A stretch of DNA of 63,953 nucleotides, from positions 1 to 63,953 of the IMG/VR virus record IMGVR_UViG_3300009081_000013. The stretch is one strand, 5' to 3'. The position numbers and the translations under genes were made by a program. Below are positions 7,495 to 16,785 of the stretch, in pieces (within the stretch, counting starts at the first letter, position 1; every line of letters begins with the position of its first letter). The notes below the pieces were generated by a model that had not been told where the DNA came from, made no database searches, and saw only the letters and a program-made list of their open reading frames with translations. The stretch comes from a virus (taxonomy: Duplodnaviria > Caudoviricetes).

Positions 7495-9678
7495 TTGATC
7501 CTGACCATCGACTGGGAAACCAGAAGCGCAGCAGACCTTAAATCCTGTGGAGTGTTCCCCTACGCCGTCCACCCATCCACAGAGATGATGTGCCTCTCCG
7601 TCAAAATTGACGCCCGCCCCGTCATGCTCTGGATAAATCAAAAGTTTCAGAGCATGGTGGACATCTCTCAAATTCGCTACGAGATCATCGGCGCCCCGCG
7701 CGTCGCTCAGCTCGTTGCGCAAGCAGATGAGATCCACGCCTTTAATGCCCAATTCGAATACGTAAATTGGAATGACAACGCTGTGCCACGCCTCGGCTGG
7801 GCGCCGCTGCCGCTGGAAAAGCTCCACGATGTCCAGGCACAATGCGCCTACGCAGCGCTGCCCATGCACCTGGGTGAAGCGGGGAAAGCGCTGGGGCTGA
7901 GCATCCAGAAGGACGCCGAGGGCCACAAGATCATGTTAAAACTTTGCCGCCCCCGCCGCCCGCGCAAAGCAGAAAAAGGAGCGTTCCCAAATTGGGCACA
8001 GATGTTGTTCTGGAACGAAGACCCCGCTGACCTGATCAAGCTGTTCAACTATTGTGGCCAGGATGCGGACGCCGAATACTATCTTGGCTCTGTGCTGCCC
8101 AAGCTGCCCGACAAAGAGCGGAAGATCTGGCTCATGGATTTTCGGATCAACAACCGTGGGGTTCCCGTCGATGTCGAAAGCGTCAAGGCTATCATCAAAG
8201 TCGTCGGTGAGCGCGAGGAAAAGCAGTTGGCCCGATTCGCCGAGTTGACCGGGGGCGCCGTGTCTGGTCCACGCAGTTACGTGGCCTTAAAGGCGTGGGT
8301 GCTACAACACATCCCCGGCCTGGACTTTCTTGAATCAGTGGATAAAAATTCTACCGCCGAATTGCTCAAACGTAATGATTTATCCCCCGTCGTAAGAGAA
8401 ATTCTCCAGATCAAGTCCGAATTAAGCAAATCCTCAGTGGCCAAGTTTCGATCCATGATGGATAAACTCTGCGCCGATGAGCGCATCCGAGGTATGTTCG
8501 CCTATCATGGTGCCGCCACGTCACGTTGGGCTGCCCGGGGAGTTCAGCTCCACAACCAGCCACGCGATTCTTACAAGCCAAAGATGTTCGAAGGTGCCGC
8601 CGAGTTGTTCAAAGCCGGGGATGCTGAAGGGCTCGCCCTGCTCTACGACGATCCTTTCTTTGCAGCGTCCCGCTGCATCCGCGGTGCGCTTTGCACGCGC
8701 CCCGGCCGTCGCTTCCTATGCGCTGATTTTTCATCTATCGAAGCAAGGGCTGTGGCACACATCGCCGGCGAGATAGAGGTAGTCGAAGCGTTTCGCTCCG
8801 GCAAAGATCTCTATAAGGTATCCGCCTCCAGCACTTTCAACATACCGTATGAAGAAGTGAACAGCGCCCAGCGCCAGGTGGGCAAGACCTCCATCCTCGC
8901 CCTTGGCTACGGCGGGGGCATCGGCGCATACGCCAAGATGGCCGCCGGTTACAACATCGATCTTGAAACTCTCCCTCCACTCATTCTCCCTACCGCAACG
9001 CCCGAAGAACTCGGCGGGCAGTGGGGGGCCAAAGCGCTCGCCAAAGCCTACCTTGCCCGCACGCCAGATGCTGAGATGAGCTTTGACGCCGCTGTTGCGT
9101 GCGATGTGATCAAGCGCCGCTGGCGAGCCGCCAACCCCAACACTGTGCGCCTGTGGAAAGGTCTGGGCGAAGCAGCCTATCAGGCGGTGGAGCGCCCCGG
9201 CCAGATCTTTGCTTATCGCGGCATCAAGTACGTGGTGCATGGTGGGTTCTTGAAATGTCTCATGCCGGCCGGCGGGGTCATGCATTATTTTGATCCGCAG
9301 ATCCGACCGGTGCGGCGTGTCTGGGAAGAAGATCCGGACTACGAAGGTGATCTGACCATCACTTACATGGGCATGAAGGTGGTCGAAGGTGGGGCGACGA
9401 CGCGCCAATGGACGCGCCTTGCCACCTACGGGGCAAAAATTTGCGAAAATATTACCCAGAAATACTGCCGTGATCTTTTGGCGGAGTCCATGCTACGTCT
9501 CGAAGCCGCTGGCTACCCCGTTGTACTTCATGTTCATGACGAAGCCGCGTCTGAACTCCCTATGGGCGTCGGGTCGCTCAAGGAGTTTGAGCGCCTGGTT
9601 GTTGAAGTCCCCACCTGGGCGGCGGGCATGCCTATCGCTTGTGAAGGTTGGGAGGGGCCGCGCTATTTTAAGGCTTGA
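7495..9678 (+). CDS. polA: family A DNA polymerase with 3'-5' exonuclease domain
   Basis: TIDWET (ExoI), ADFSSIEAR (motif A), RQVGKTSILALGYG (B), LHVHDE (C). Confidence 0.96.
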   Translation: MILTIDWETRSAADLKSCGVFPYAVHPSTEMMCLSVKIDARPVMLWINQKFQSMVDISQIRYEIIGAPRVAQLVAQADEIHAFNAQFEYVNWNDNAVPRLGWAPLPLEKLHDVQAQCAYAALPMHLGEAGKALGLSIQKDAEGHKIMLKLCRPRRPRKAEKGAFPNWAQMLFWNEDPADLIKLFNYCGQDADAEYYLGSVLPKLPDKERKIWLMDFRINNRGVPVDVESVKAIIKVVGEREEKQLARFAELTGGAVSGPRSYVALKAWVLQHIPGLDFLESVDKNSTAELLKRNDLSPVVREILQIKSELSKSSVAKFRSMMDKLCADERIRGMFAYHGAATSRWAARGVQLHNQPRDSYKPKMFEGAAELFKAGDAEGLALLYDDPFFAASRCIRGALCTRPGRRFLCADFSSIEARAVAHIAGEIEVVEAFRSGKDLYKVSASSTFNIPYEEVNSAQRQVGKTSILALGYGGGIGAYAKMAAGYNIDLETLPPLILPTATPEELGGQWGAKALAKAYLARTPDAEMSFDAAVACDVIKRRWRAANPNTVRLWKGLGEAAYQAVERPGQIFAYRGIKYVVHGGFLKCLMPAGGVMHYFDPQIRPVRRVWEEDPDYEGDLTITYMGMKVVEGGATTRQWTRLATYGAKICENITQKYCRDLLAESMLRLEAAGYPVVLHVHDEAASELPMGVGSLKEFERLVVEVPTWAAGMPIACEGWEGPRYFKA

Positions 9679-9703
9679 CACCACACAATCGGGAACACAT
9701 AAG
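9675..9703 (+). promoter_or_regulatory. conserved phage promoter, copy 2
   Basis: TTGACA-CCACACAATCGGGAACA-CATAAG; 27/29 identical to 62675-62703. Confidence 0.8.
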
Positions 9704-9724
9704 GGGAGAAAAGGAGGAAAGCAG

Positions 9725-10399
9725 ATGCGACTGAATCAATACGACTTGCAATGGTGTGTCCGGCTGCTCCCCAAGGCGCTGCGCGACATAATGAAAAAAG
9801 AAGAGATTGTTGTCGCCGGCGGGTATGTTCGGTCCTGTGTCACACGCGAGACGGTGAACGACATTGATCTTTTCATCCCCGAGCGTGACTACGCTTTACA
9901 TCTCGCGGCGGCGTTGTCGGTAGGGGCGAAGCCTCACCGAACGGTCAACGCCATCACTGTCCGTGGGTTAAAATACCCGGTGCAGTTTATCACCCGCTGG
10001 GTGTACGACGCCCCACAAGAAGTGCTCTCTTCGTTTGATTTCACCATTTGCCAGGCGGCCTTCTGGTGGGATCACTACTGCCAGCGGTGGGCCAGCGCGG
10101 TGTCGGATGATTTTTACGTGGACCTTGCGGCCAAGCGGCTGGTCTACACCAATCCGGTGCGCGAAGAAGCGCCTGGGGGCAGCATGTTGCGCGTGCTCAA
10201 GTATTACCAGCGCGGCTACCGCATCACAATCAAGTCGCTGTCGGATGTCATCGCCCGGCTGGCCCACGGCGTGCGGTTTGATTACCGCATGGTGTGCGTT
10301 GACGAGTTGGACACGCTGCTGTTCGCTCACGTTGTCAAAGGCTTGCTTCACGAAGTTGATCCGAGCATCGACCCCGATCACATTATTGAGGAGAACTGA
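9725..10399 (+). CDS. nucleotidyltransferase (CCA-adding/poly(A) polymerase head-domain-like)
   Basis: VVAGGYVRS...NDIDLF and FDFTICQ motifs; ATG after AAGGAGG. Confidence 0.82.
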   Translation: MRLNQYDLQWCVRLLPKALRDIMKKEEIVVAGGYVRSCVTRETVNDIDLFIPERDYALHLAAALSVGAKPHRTVNAITVRGLKYPVQFITRWVYDAPQEVLSSFDFTICQAAFWWDHYCQRWASAVSDDFYVDLAAKRLVYTNPVREEAPGGSMLRVLKYYQRGYRITIKSLSDVIARLAHGVRFDYRMVCVDELDTLLFAHVVKGLLHEVDPSIDPDHIIEEN

Positions 10400-10401
10400 C
10401 C

Positions 10402-10653
10402 ATGGCCCACAACCAAATTCACCGAATGGTGCCGGAAGACGAAATCGAGCTGCACGTCACCGTCCTCTCCGACATCATGCAAAACGGTGTGCGCATGATC
10501 CAGGCGCAAAGCGTTCAACCCGCCACCCCGTCGTTCTGGCTGGCTGAAGGTTTCATCGATTACATGTATGACATGGAAGTGAACAAACCGAACGTCCTTT
10601 ACGTTCCTATTACGATCGCCCGGGAAGCGGGTGTGGAGGTGAAACGTGGATAG
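10402..10653 (+). CDS. hypothetical protein
   Basis: GAGGAG RBS, operonic. Confidence 0.65.
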   Translation: MAHNQIHRMVPEDEIELHVTVLSDIMQNGVRMIQAQSVQPATPSFWLAEGFIDYMYDMEVNKPNVLYVPITIAREAGVEVKRG

Positions 10654-11704
10654 ACCAACGAAAGAAGAGGCAATTAAAGAGTCTTTGATCCTGTGGCGCG
10701 AGCTGGCGACGAATCCGAAGCACGATGGCTTTACCGTTAAAAGAGGCGTTGTGCGCAGTCTTGTTTCCGATGGCGTGCTGCCGCCACGTGCGTTGCAGTA
10801 TGAAAACTCTTGCCCGTTATGCGCCTACAGTATGGAAGGCGACCGCGAGTGCATCCGTTGCCCCTGGCCGGGCAGAGGGTGTATCCGGTGTAAGCGCGAA
10901 GGAGTTTATGGCTTGTGGGTGAAACGACCGAGCCACGGCACCGCCCGCCCCGTGTTCGAACTGATGAAGCAGCTTGCCAAAGTCGAAGCGCAGCCCACGT
11001 TCAAGGTCGGCGATCGGGTGAAGCTGGTGGACATGAAGGGCACCGAAGACCAAGTCTACGCCGATGACCCTGTCAACCCGCTCTGGGGCGGCAAAGAAGG
11101 AAAGGTCCGTGGCACAGTGACCGGGCCTCTTAATGACCCCTACTATACGCTGTGCGTGAAGTGGGACAACGGCCAGGATAATCATTACGCTCCGCGCAAC
11201 CTCGCCCTGCTCACCGCCGCTGACGAGCAGCCCACCTTCAAGGTCGGTGATCGGGTGAAGTTGGTGAACCTGCTGTACGAAAACGGTGACGAATGGTCTG
11301 ATGGTAGCCTCAACCCGCTCTGGGGCGGCAAAAGAGGTAAGGTCCGCGGCACGGTGAACCAAGTAGGCATGCTCGCCGCCAGCGACCACTACTTGGTTAT
11401 TGGCGTCGAATGGGACAACGGTTTCAAGAATCAATACAACCAGCGCAACCTCGCCCTGCTCACCGCCGAAGAAGACCGCATCGACATCGTCGCAGGCCAG
11501 CTTTACCACCACGAGGGCCAGGTAATCCTGGCCACATACGATGATGGTTTCATCGCCTTCTATGATCTGAAAGGACACTCCGTCGCCAGTGACGGCGATG
11601 AAGGAGATGTGTTCTCAGCAGATTATGAAGGTTATGACGTTCATCGCAACAAGCTGATCCCCACCGGCAAATCTCTCCAGGATTTATATGCCCGAGCTCA
11701 GTAG
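10646..11704 (+). CDS. multidomain protein: Cys-rich N-terminus plus two tandem SH3-like (Mib/HERC2-like) repeats
   Basis: FKVGDRVKLV...NPLWGGK.GKVRGTV...WDNG..N.Y..RNLALL occurs twice. Confidence 0.75.
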   Translation: MDRPTKEEAIKESLILWRELATNPKHDGFTVKRGVVRSLVSDGVLPPRALQYENSCPLCAYSMEGDRECIRCPWPGRGCIRCKREGVYGLWVKRPSHGTARPVFELMKQLAKVEAQPTFKVGDRVKLVDMKGTEDQVYADDPVNPLWGGKEGKVRGTVTGPLNDPYYTLCVKWDNGQDNHYAPRNLALLTAADEQPTFKVGDRVKLVNLLYENGDEWSDGSLNPLWGGKRGKVRGTVNQVGMLAASDHYLVIGVEWDNGFKNQYNQRNLALLTAEEDRIDIVAGQLYHHEGQVILATYDDGFIAFYDLKGHSVASDGDEGDVFSADYEGYDVHRNKLIPTGKSLQDLYARAQ

Positions 11705-12101
11705 CAGAAACGAGTACTCAGTTGATGTCAATTACCTCACACACGAATCACCAGATGACGCGCCTTGGGCAGAAGACGACCTGTATGCCACGCAGCCGTT
11801 TCGGTATTGCACGCTCTGCGGCCATCGCCTCGCCCGCTGCAACACTGGCGAGCAGTGCCTGCGCCATGGCAGCCTGCAAGCCCCGCAGCGTTTGCGCGGG
11901 CGCACGTATGAGGGCTCGCCTTGCAAAATATGCGGCGGCACTGAGCGTTATAATTCATCCGGATCGTGTGTGGCCTGCCAGCGGGGCCGGGTGCTCAAAA
12001 CCATCACTTTTGATGGTCGGCCGTGTGGGACGTGCGGGCGTACGTTGAGATACAAAACAAATCATAACTGCGTGCATTGCGCGCGAAGGAGGAAAAAGTG
12101 A
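11688..12101 (+). CDS. Zn-finger protein
   Basis: Multiple CxxC pairs; repeated G.PC..CG...RY.....CV.C unit. Confidence 0.65.
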   Translation: MPELSSRNEYSVDVNYLTHESPDDAPWAEDDLYATQPFRYCTLCGHRLARCNTGEQCLRHGSLQAPQRLRGRTYEGSPCKICGGTERYNSSGSCVACQRGRVLKTITFDGRPCGTCGRTLRYKTNHNCVHCARRRKK

Positions 12102-12403
12102 AAAGAATACTTGCTCTGATCATCTTGTTGGCGCTGTGTGTGCCCGCCTGCGCGGCGGACAAGGACTCGCAGCAATACCAAGTGGATGTCACCATCCGCT
12201 TCAACAGCCTGTCCATGGCTGAGTTTACGGAGATCCAGGCGGTGCTCGACAAGCTGGCCAAGCAGTCATGCAAGACGACGATCGAGCTGACGAAGCTGGA
12301 AGGGTTGGCTACAGTTGGGTGGACGCTCTCTACTGGTGGCAGCGTCACCCGTAGTGTTATTTACGACCTATCAGCGCAAGAAAACAAGGAGGTGAACGAG
12401 TGA
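12098..12403 (+). CDS. putative secreted protein
   Basis: MKRILALIILLALCVPACA signal peptide. Confidence 0.65.
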   Translation: MKRILALIILLALCVPACAADKDSQQYQVDVTIRFNSLSMAEFTEIQAVLDKLAKQSCKTTIELTKLEGLATVGWTLSTGGSVTRSVIYDLSAQENKEVNE

Positions 12404-12699
12404 AAAGCATTACCATCATCCTGCTTTTGGTGCTCATCATCGGCTGCGCCGCGCTGCCCAAAGCGCAAGCCCCCGCCCCGCCGGAAAACGTGAACGATCG
12501 CCTGGTCGCTATCGAAGCTTCTCTGCCTGACGCCACGAAAAAGGTAGAGGCCACCGCCGCCTGGGCAGAATATAAAGCAGCGGCGACCGTGACGGACGAA
12601 AAACTCAAGGCGGTGAAAGAGCTGCCGGAGTTCAAAGCCTATCAGCGCCTGATCACCGAGCGTGCCTACTTGCAGAAATTTGTGGAGCCGAAGCGATGA
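12400..12699 (+). CDS. putative lipoprotein
   Basis: MKSITIILLLVLIIG-C lipobox-like sequence. Confidence 0.65.
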   Translation: MKSITIILLLVLIIGCAALPKAQAPAPPENVNDRLVAIEASLPDATKKVEATAAWAEYKAAATVTDEKLKAVKELPEFKAYQRLITERAYLQKFVEPKR

Positions 12700-13196
12700 A
12701 GGGCAGGATAATCGCGTTCTCCGGCACGCACGGCACGGGTAAAACCACGGCGGTGTATGCTTTGGCCGCAGAGATGAAAAAGGCGGTGAGAGGGGAAGTT
12801 GGCATCATCCTCGAAACCGCCCGCCGCTGTCCCTTCCCCATCTGCAAAGTGGAGGAGGAGATGGTAGAAGATGCTCAGCTCTGGATCTTTGCCGAACAAA
12901 TTCGCTGCGAACTCGAAGCCGCGCAGAGATACGATCTGGTGATCTCCGACCGCACCGCCGTGGACTGCATCGCCTATTCGTCGGTGGGCGGGTTCCACGA
13001 GCTGGCCTATGGGCAAGTGGCCGTTGTCCGGCGCCACCTGCCTGTCTACAAAAAGATCATTTTCCTTGGATCGCAGGACAACCCGTACCACACAGATGAT
13101 TGCCTGCGGCATAAAGATCCCACGCTTCGCGCAGAGGTCGAGCTGCGGCTGCTCGACCTTTACCGCGAACTTGGGGTTAAACTGGAGAGAGGGTAA
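12696..13196 (+). CDS. P-loop nucleotide kinase-like protein (NadR/AAA_28-type)
   Basis: IAFSGTHGTGKTT, E.AR, ISDRTAVDCIAY, DDCLR. Confidence 0.8.
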   Translation: MKGRIIAFSGTHGTGKTTAVYALAAEMKKAVRGEVGIILETARRCPFPICKVEEEMVEDAQLWIFAEQIRCELEAAQRYDLVISDRTAVDCIAYSSVGGFHELAYGQVAVVRRHLPVYKKIIFLGSQDNPYHTDDCLRHKDPTLRAEVELRLLDLYRELGVKLERG

Positions 13197-13197
13197 T

Positions 13198-13587
13198 ATG
13201 AACGACCAACTGCAAACGGCTCTGGCCGAGATGATCAACAAGTCCACCACGGGCATTGAGAAAGCCAGCGGGTTTCTTCAAGCTGAGATCCCCGACGTGG
13301 TGCGCCAGCTTTTGCTCTGGCACGGTATCCAAGATTTTATCTGCTTTTGCACCGGGCTGGTGCTGTTGGCGGGGTGGGGTTACTGCCTGCGCCGCTTCGT
13401 GATAAAAAACTGGGCTGTGATCAAAGAAAAAGATGATAATGAAGGTTTCCTCATAACGATGTTGGCGCTTATATGTGGGGTGGTTTTGGTCATCCCATTT
13501 GCGTTCATCTTCCCCTTGACTTGGCTCAAGATCTGGATCGCCCCCAAAGTTTGGCTGCTCGACTACGCCGCGTCGCTGGTAAAATAA
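13198..13587 (+). CDS. membrane protein (2 TM)
   Basis: Two hydrophobic helices; C-terminal WLKIWIAPKVWLLDY. Confidence 0.75.
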   Translation: MNDQLQTALAEMINKSTTGIEKASGFLQAEIPDVVRQLLLWHGIQDFICFCTGLVLLAGWGYCLRRFVIKNWAVIKEKDDNEGFLITMLALICGVVLVIPFAFIFPLTWLKIWIAPKVWLLDYAASLVK

Positions 13588-13600
13588 AAGGAGAAAAGCC

Positions 13601-13813
13601 ATGCCCTACACCTACCCCGAAGAGGCCAAGATGGATGCGGCGAAAAGAACCGCCGCTCGAGCACAATGCTATCTTTGTCGGCATTTTCAAAAGGAGGTGT
13701 GGCTGGCCACAACGGTCGGTGTGATTGCTACTGCGCGGTGTCTGGAGAGCGGGAGCTGCTTTCCGGATGCCGCGCATTTGTGTGTGCGCTTTGAAGCAAA
13801 GGAGAAGAGATGA
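13601..13813 (+). CDS. hypothetical Cys-containing protein
   Basis: AAGGAG RBS; CYLCRHF. Confidence 0.6.
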   Translation: MPYTYPEEAKMDAAKRTAARAQCYLCRHFQKEVWLATTVGVIATARCLESGSCFPDAAHLCVRFEAKEKR

Positions 13814-14592
13814 CTTACGAAGCGTGGAACATAATTGAACCGATGCGCGAAGGCGAGTCCGGACCGGAGCGGTTTCAACGGTATCTTGATTACGAGCATG
13901 AAGCAAACAAAGCCTTCCAGCGCGGCGACCAGTGGAGCGCCTCGGAGATCAAAAAGGCTCTCGACCACTGGAGCGAGCACGTGGCGCTGACACCGAGGGA
14001 AATGTCCAAGAGCAAGGCCACCTGCACATGCGCCGACCCCGTTTACACCTGGAAGCGATACGATTCGCCGTCCGCAGAGAGTATCAAGCTGCGCGCCGAA
14101 GAGGCGAAGACAATTATGAGGGAGATGCTGGACCGCAGATTCTCCCACCTTGTAAAAGATGCATTCACTCCAAAGGAGAAGAAAATGGAAACCAAATACG
14201 AGTACAAAGTGGCAGATCACGCGAACTTGACCCCCGAAAACATCGCCAAGCATAGCCCAAGCGAAAAAGAGTTCGGGCGTTATTCGCTGTGGTATTTTGG
14301 CAGCAAGCGGGGCATGTTTAAAACTGAGCAAAACCTCGCCGCCATCGTCGAGAAAGGCGAAACAGTCTGGCTGGATTGGCTGGTGAGCAAGGGCTTGGTT
14401 GAGCGCACGGAGAAAAAGCGGAAGCTGACGATCGAAGACATGCAACTGTCAACGTGCCACGAAGGCGTGGCCCTGCGGGTGGGTTCTAAAACTGTGCTCA
14501 TTTTCGAGCCGGACGGGTGTGTCCAGCGTGTGCTCTCAGCCCAAACTCCTTTCATTCCTGTGGACAAAGACGGGAAGATCATCATCCGATAA
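13810..14592 (+). CDS. hypothetical protein
   Basis: AAGGAG RBS; last gene of the + arm; possible internal start at METKYEY. Confidence 0.7.
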   Translation: MTYEAWNIIEPMREGESGPERFQRYLDYEHEANKAFQRGDQWSASEIKKALDHWSEHVALTPREMSKSKATCTCADPVYTWKRYDSPSAESIKLRAEEAKTIMREMLDRRFSHLVKDAFTPKEKKMETKYEYKVADHANLTPENIAKHSPSEKEFGRYSLWYFGSKRGMFKTEQNLAAIVEKGETVWLDWLVSKGLVERTEKKRKLTIEDMQLSTCHEGVALRVGSKTVLIFEPDGCVQRVLSAQTPFIPVDKDGKIIIR

Positions 14593-14609
14593 AAACCCCG
14601 CCCCGACCA

Positions 14610-14639
14610 CCCACGATCAGGGGCGCCCCTGATCGTGGG
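14610..14639. repeat. perfect 30-bp palindrome at the convergence of the + and - arms
   Basis: CCCACGATCAGGGGC|GCCCCTGATCGTGGG. Confidence 0.9.
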
Positions 14640-15494
14640 CTAAACATACTCCTTCACCACATCCACGATTTTCCCCTCCCGCACCAGCAGCACCGGAAAC
14701 CCTAACACCACCGGATCATACATCGCCTTCTCGGCGTAATCCGACACCCCCCGCATCGATGTGCGCCGAAACGTCCCTGTATTCAAATAGTACCGATGGT
14801 CGGGATGGATGTAGCGCGCCGCCTGTTCGCCCTCCATGTAGTTCTGTTTGATTGCCCCATCTTCGGATGTCATGTAAAGCGTCTTCTTGGGCTTGGACAC
14901 CAGGAGAAGGTGTGAATGACCCATCGCCGCCACGGCGCAGTCGCCAGCCTTGTTCTTCAGTTTTCGCTTGAGCGACAGGTTCAGGTTTGCCTCAACCCGA
15001 ATCGGATCATCTGCTGCTGACTTGATTGACCCCCTCCCATGCGCGGCATAGACCTTAAACAGCAGCTCACCGCGCTTGTTGCGATAAGAAATGATGCTGG
15101 TGTACGTGCCATAGGCCACGGACAGGTCGCGGCAGATCCCGCCGACGTAATCGTAATAGCGCATGAGCGTGTCTTCGTGGTTGCCATAGAGCAGCACATC
15201 GATTTGCCGCCGGTGGGGCTTGATCAGGTCGCGGAAGTGCTCGGCCTGGAGTTCCGGCCGGATCTTTTTAAGGTCAATGGTGTGAGTGTCAAAGCGTTTG
15301 TCGGAGTGATCGATCGCTTCGATGTAATCGCCCATACCTATGATGCGGTTGGTTTTGACCCCGTGGTATTCACCGCCGGCGAGCGCCAGCGCAGCGTCAA
15401 AGCCGCTGTCATGAAACAGCAGCGAGCCGATGTGCAGATCACCGAAAAAGAACACGTTGAAATTCTGCGGCACTTCTATGTCTACGAACTCCAT
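14640..15494 (-). CDS. calcineurin-like metallophosphoesterase
   Basis: GDLH, GDYIE, GNHE, HG and GHSH motifs. Confidence 0.9.
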   Translation of the reverse strand: MEFVDIEVPQNFNVFFFGDLHIGSLLFHDSGFDAALALAGGEYHGVKTNRIIGMGDYIEAIDHSDKRFDTHTIDLKKIRPELQAEHFRDLIKPHRRQIDVLLYGNHEDTLMRYYDYVGGICRDLSVAYGTYTSIISYRNKRGELLFKVYAAHGRGSIKSAADDPIRVEANLNLSLKRKLKNKAGDCAVAAMGHSHLLLVSKPKKTLYMTSEDGAIKQNYMEGEQAARYIHPDHRYYLNTGTFRRTSMRGVSDYAEKAMYDPVVLGFPVLLVREGKIVDVVKEYV

Positions 15495-15784
15495 TAGGAT
15501 TCCCTTTGCTGTTTCAGATCATAGCAGTTGGTGCAACGATACTCGTCGCATGGCCGGCCGCAATCAGGGCAAAAACCGCCCGCCTTGCGTGCGGCCCTCT
15601 TACGAGCCTCATAGTCAGACACCTTTTCAATGTGGCGGCGGCGGAAGGCTCTGCTGTGTTTCGCCATCACGGACAGGTGGAACAGGCATTTGGTCCGACC
15701 AGGGTGCAGCGGCCGGTAGCACCGCGAGCATAGCCCGAGGGCTTTATGTTTTTTCGCGTTGCAGGGCATAAGAAAAGCGGCCAC
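15494..15784 (-). CDS. Zn-finger basic protein
   Basis: GLCSRC, GFCPDCG, CTNC. Confidence 0.6.
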   Translation of the reverse strand: MAAFLMPCNAKKHKALGLCSRCYRPLHPGRTKCLFHLSVMAKHSRAFRRRHIEKVSDYEARKRAARKAGGFCPDCGRPCDEYRCTNCYDLKQQRES

Positions 15785-15826
15785 ACCTTTCGATGCGCCG
15801 CTCCTTTCTCATCTGGTTTGAAGCTC

Positions 15827-16285
15827 TTATTGCTGGCTCTGTACGCCGGCGATGAACGCTTCCGCGGCGTGGTAGAGCAGGGCTTTATTCACTTTGCTGG
15901 TGTCCACCACGTCTCCATTCACAGTGACGCCAAGACGCCCGTAGAGCCTTTGAATAGCAAACAGCATAAGCGCGCTGTCGGTGTCACCTTTTTTCAAAGC
16001 ACGTACCCAAGCGTCGGTGAGCATGGCTGAAATATTCAGTTCATTATCCATCTGGTCTTTCATGTCCTGGGCTGCGGTCGTCAAGTCTTCAGCCGCATCC
16101 GGGTCTTTAGACGCCCAGATAGCCCCGATGGCAAAAGCGTCCTGGTACACCGCATCTTCCACTTGTGTGGGAGTCATCTCCGGGCCATAGAGTGCGTCCG
16201 TCACTCCGGCGCAGCCGATGACTCCTGCGCAGCCGATAAGCAGGGCCGCGGATAGGATCATTATCGCTTGTGTTTTTTTTCCCAT
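15827..16285 (-). CDS. putative lipoprotein (possible spanin component)
   Basis: AAGGAG RBS; LLIG-C lipobox with duplicated IGCAGV; downstream of lysis genes. Confidence 0.6.
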   Translation of the reverse strand: MGKKTQAIMILSAALLIGCAGVIGCAGVTDALYGPEMTPTQVEDAVYQDAFAIGAIWASKDPDAAEDLTTAAQDMKDQMDNELNISAMLTDAWVRALKKGDTDSALMLFAIQRLYGRLGVTVNGDVVDTSKVNKALLYHAAEAFIAGVQSQQ

Positions 16286-16360
16286 TTGGCTCTTTTCTCC
16301 TTTTGTAATTGGATGGTCCTGTGAACAGGGCACTTAGCGCAAAACACCGTCCCAATCTTT

Positions 16361-16561
16361 CTACAGTGTAAACACTTCTGGCTGATAATAGCCTGTGTCT
16401 CTCTCATCTTCATCCTCCGCGGGGCGCCTGAACGTGATCGGGCAGATGAATTGGTTGGTGTCCGAGTTGTAGGCGGGGTCGGTGTCCATACAATGGCCGC
16501 GATCATAGTAGGCGCAAATGCACCGGGTGTCTTTGATCATACTACGATCGCAGCCGTTCAT
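16361..16561 (-). CDS. small Cys-rich hypothetical protein
   Basis: ATGA overlap with upstream gene. Confidence 0.5.
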   Translation of the reverse strand: MNGCDRSMIKDTRCICAYYDRGHCMDTDPAYNSDTNQFICPITFRRPAEDEDERDTGYYQPEVFTL

Positions 16562-16785
16562 GTCAGATCATCGCCGCAATAGGGGCACATCTTAGCCCGC
16601 TCAAAATATGCTACATCGCAAAATAATGCATCGTATTCTTCGCGTGTTATAGTGGCACGTTCAACAGGAATTTCATTTCCACTCGTGAATTTCAGCTTTA
16701 AATTATCATACGCTTCTTTATATTCCACGGGGGCAGCCTTTCTTCTCCAACAGGTCCGACAGATCACGTTCTTCTGTACCTTCAT
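16558..16785 (-). CDS. small Zn-ribbon hypothetical protein
   Basis: CRTC...CPYC. Confidence 0.55.
   Translation of the reverse strand: MKVQKNVICRTCWRRKAAPVEYKEAYDNLKLKFTSGNEIPVERATITREEYDALFCDVAYFERAKMCPYCGDDLT

Noticed and set aside
7491-7541. ATG start or frameshift at the beginning of polA
   Set aside because: The in-frame TTG at 7495 is well spaced from the AAGGAG RBS, so no frameshift is needed.
9389-9724. N-terminal extension of the nucleotidyltransferase in the ORF track
   Set aside because: It overlaps polA, and the promoter and RBS point to ATG 9725.
10990-11470. DGR template/variable repeat pair
   Set aside because: Differences are not adenine-specific, both copies are in frame in one ORF, and there is no RT.
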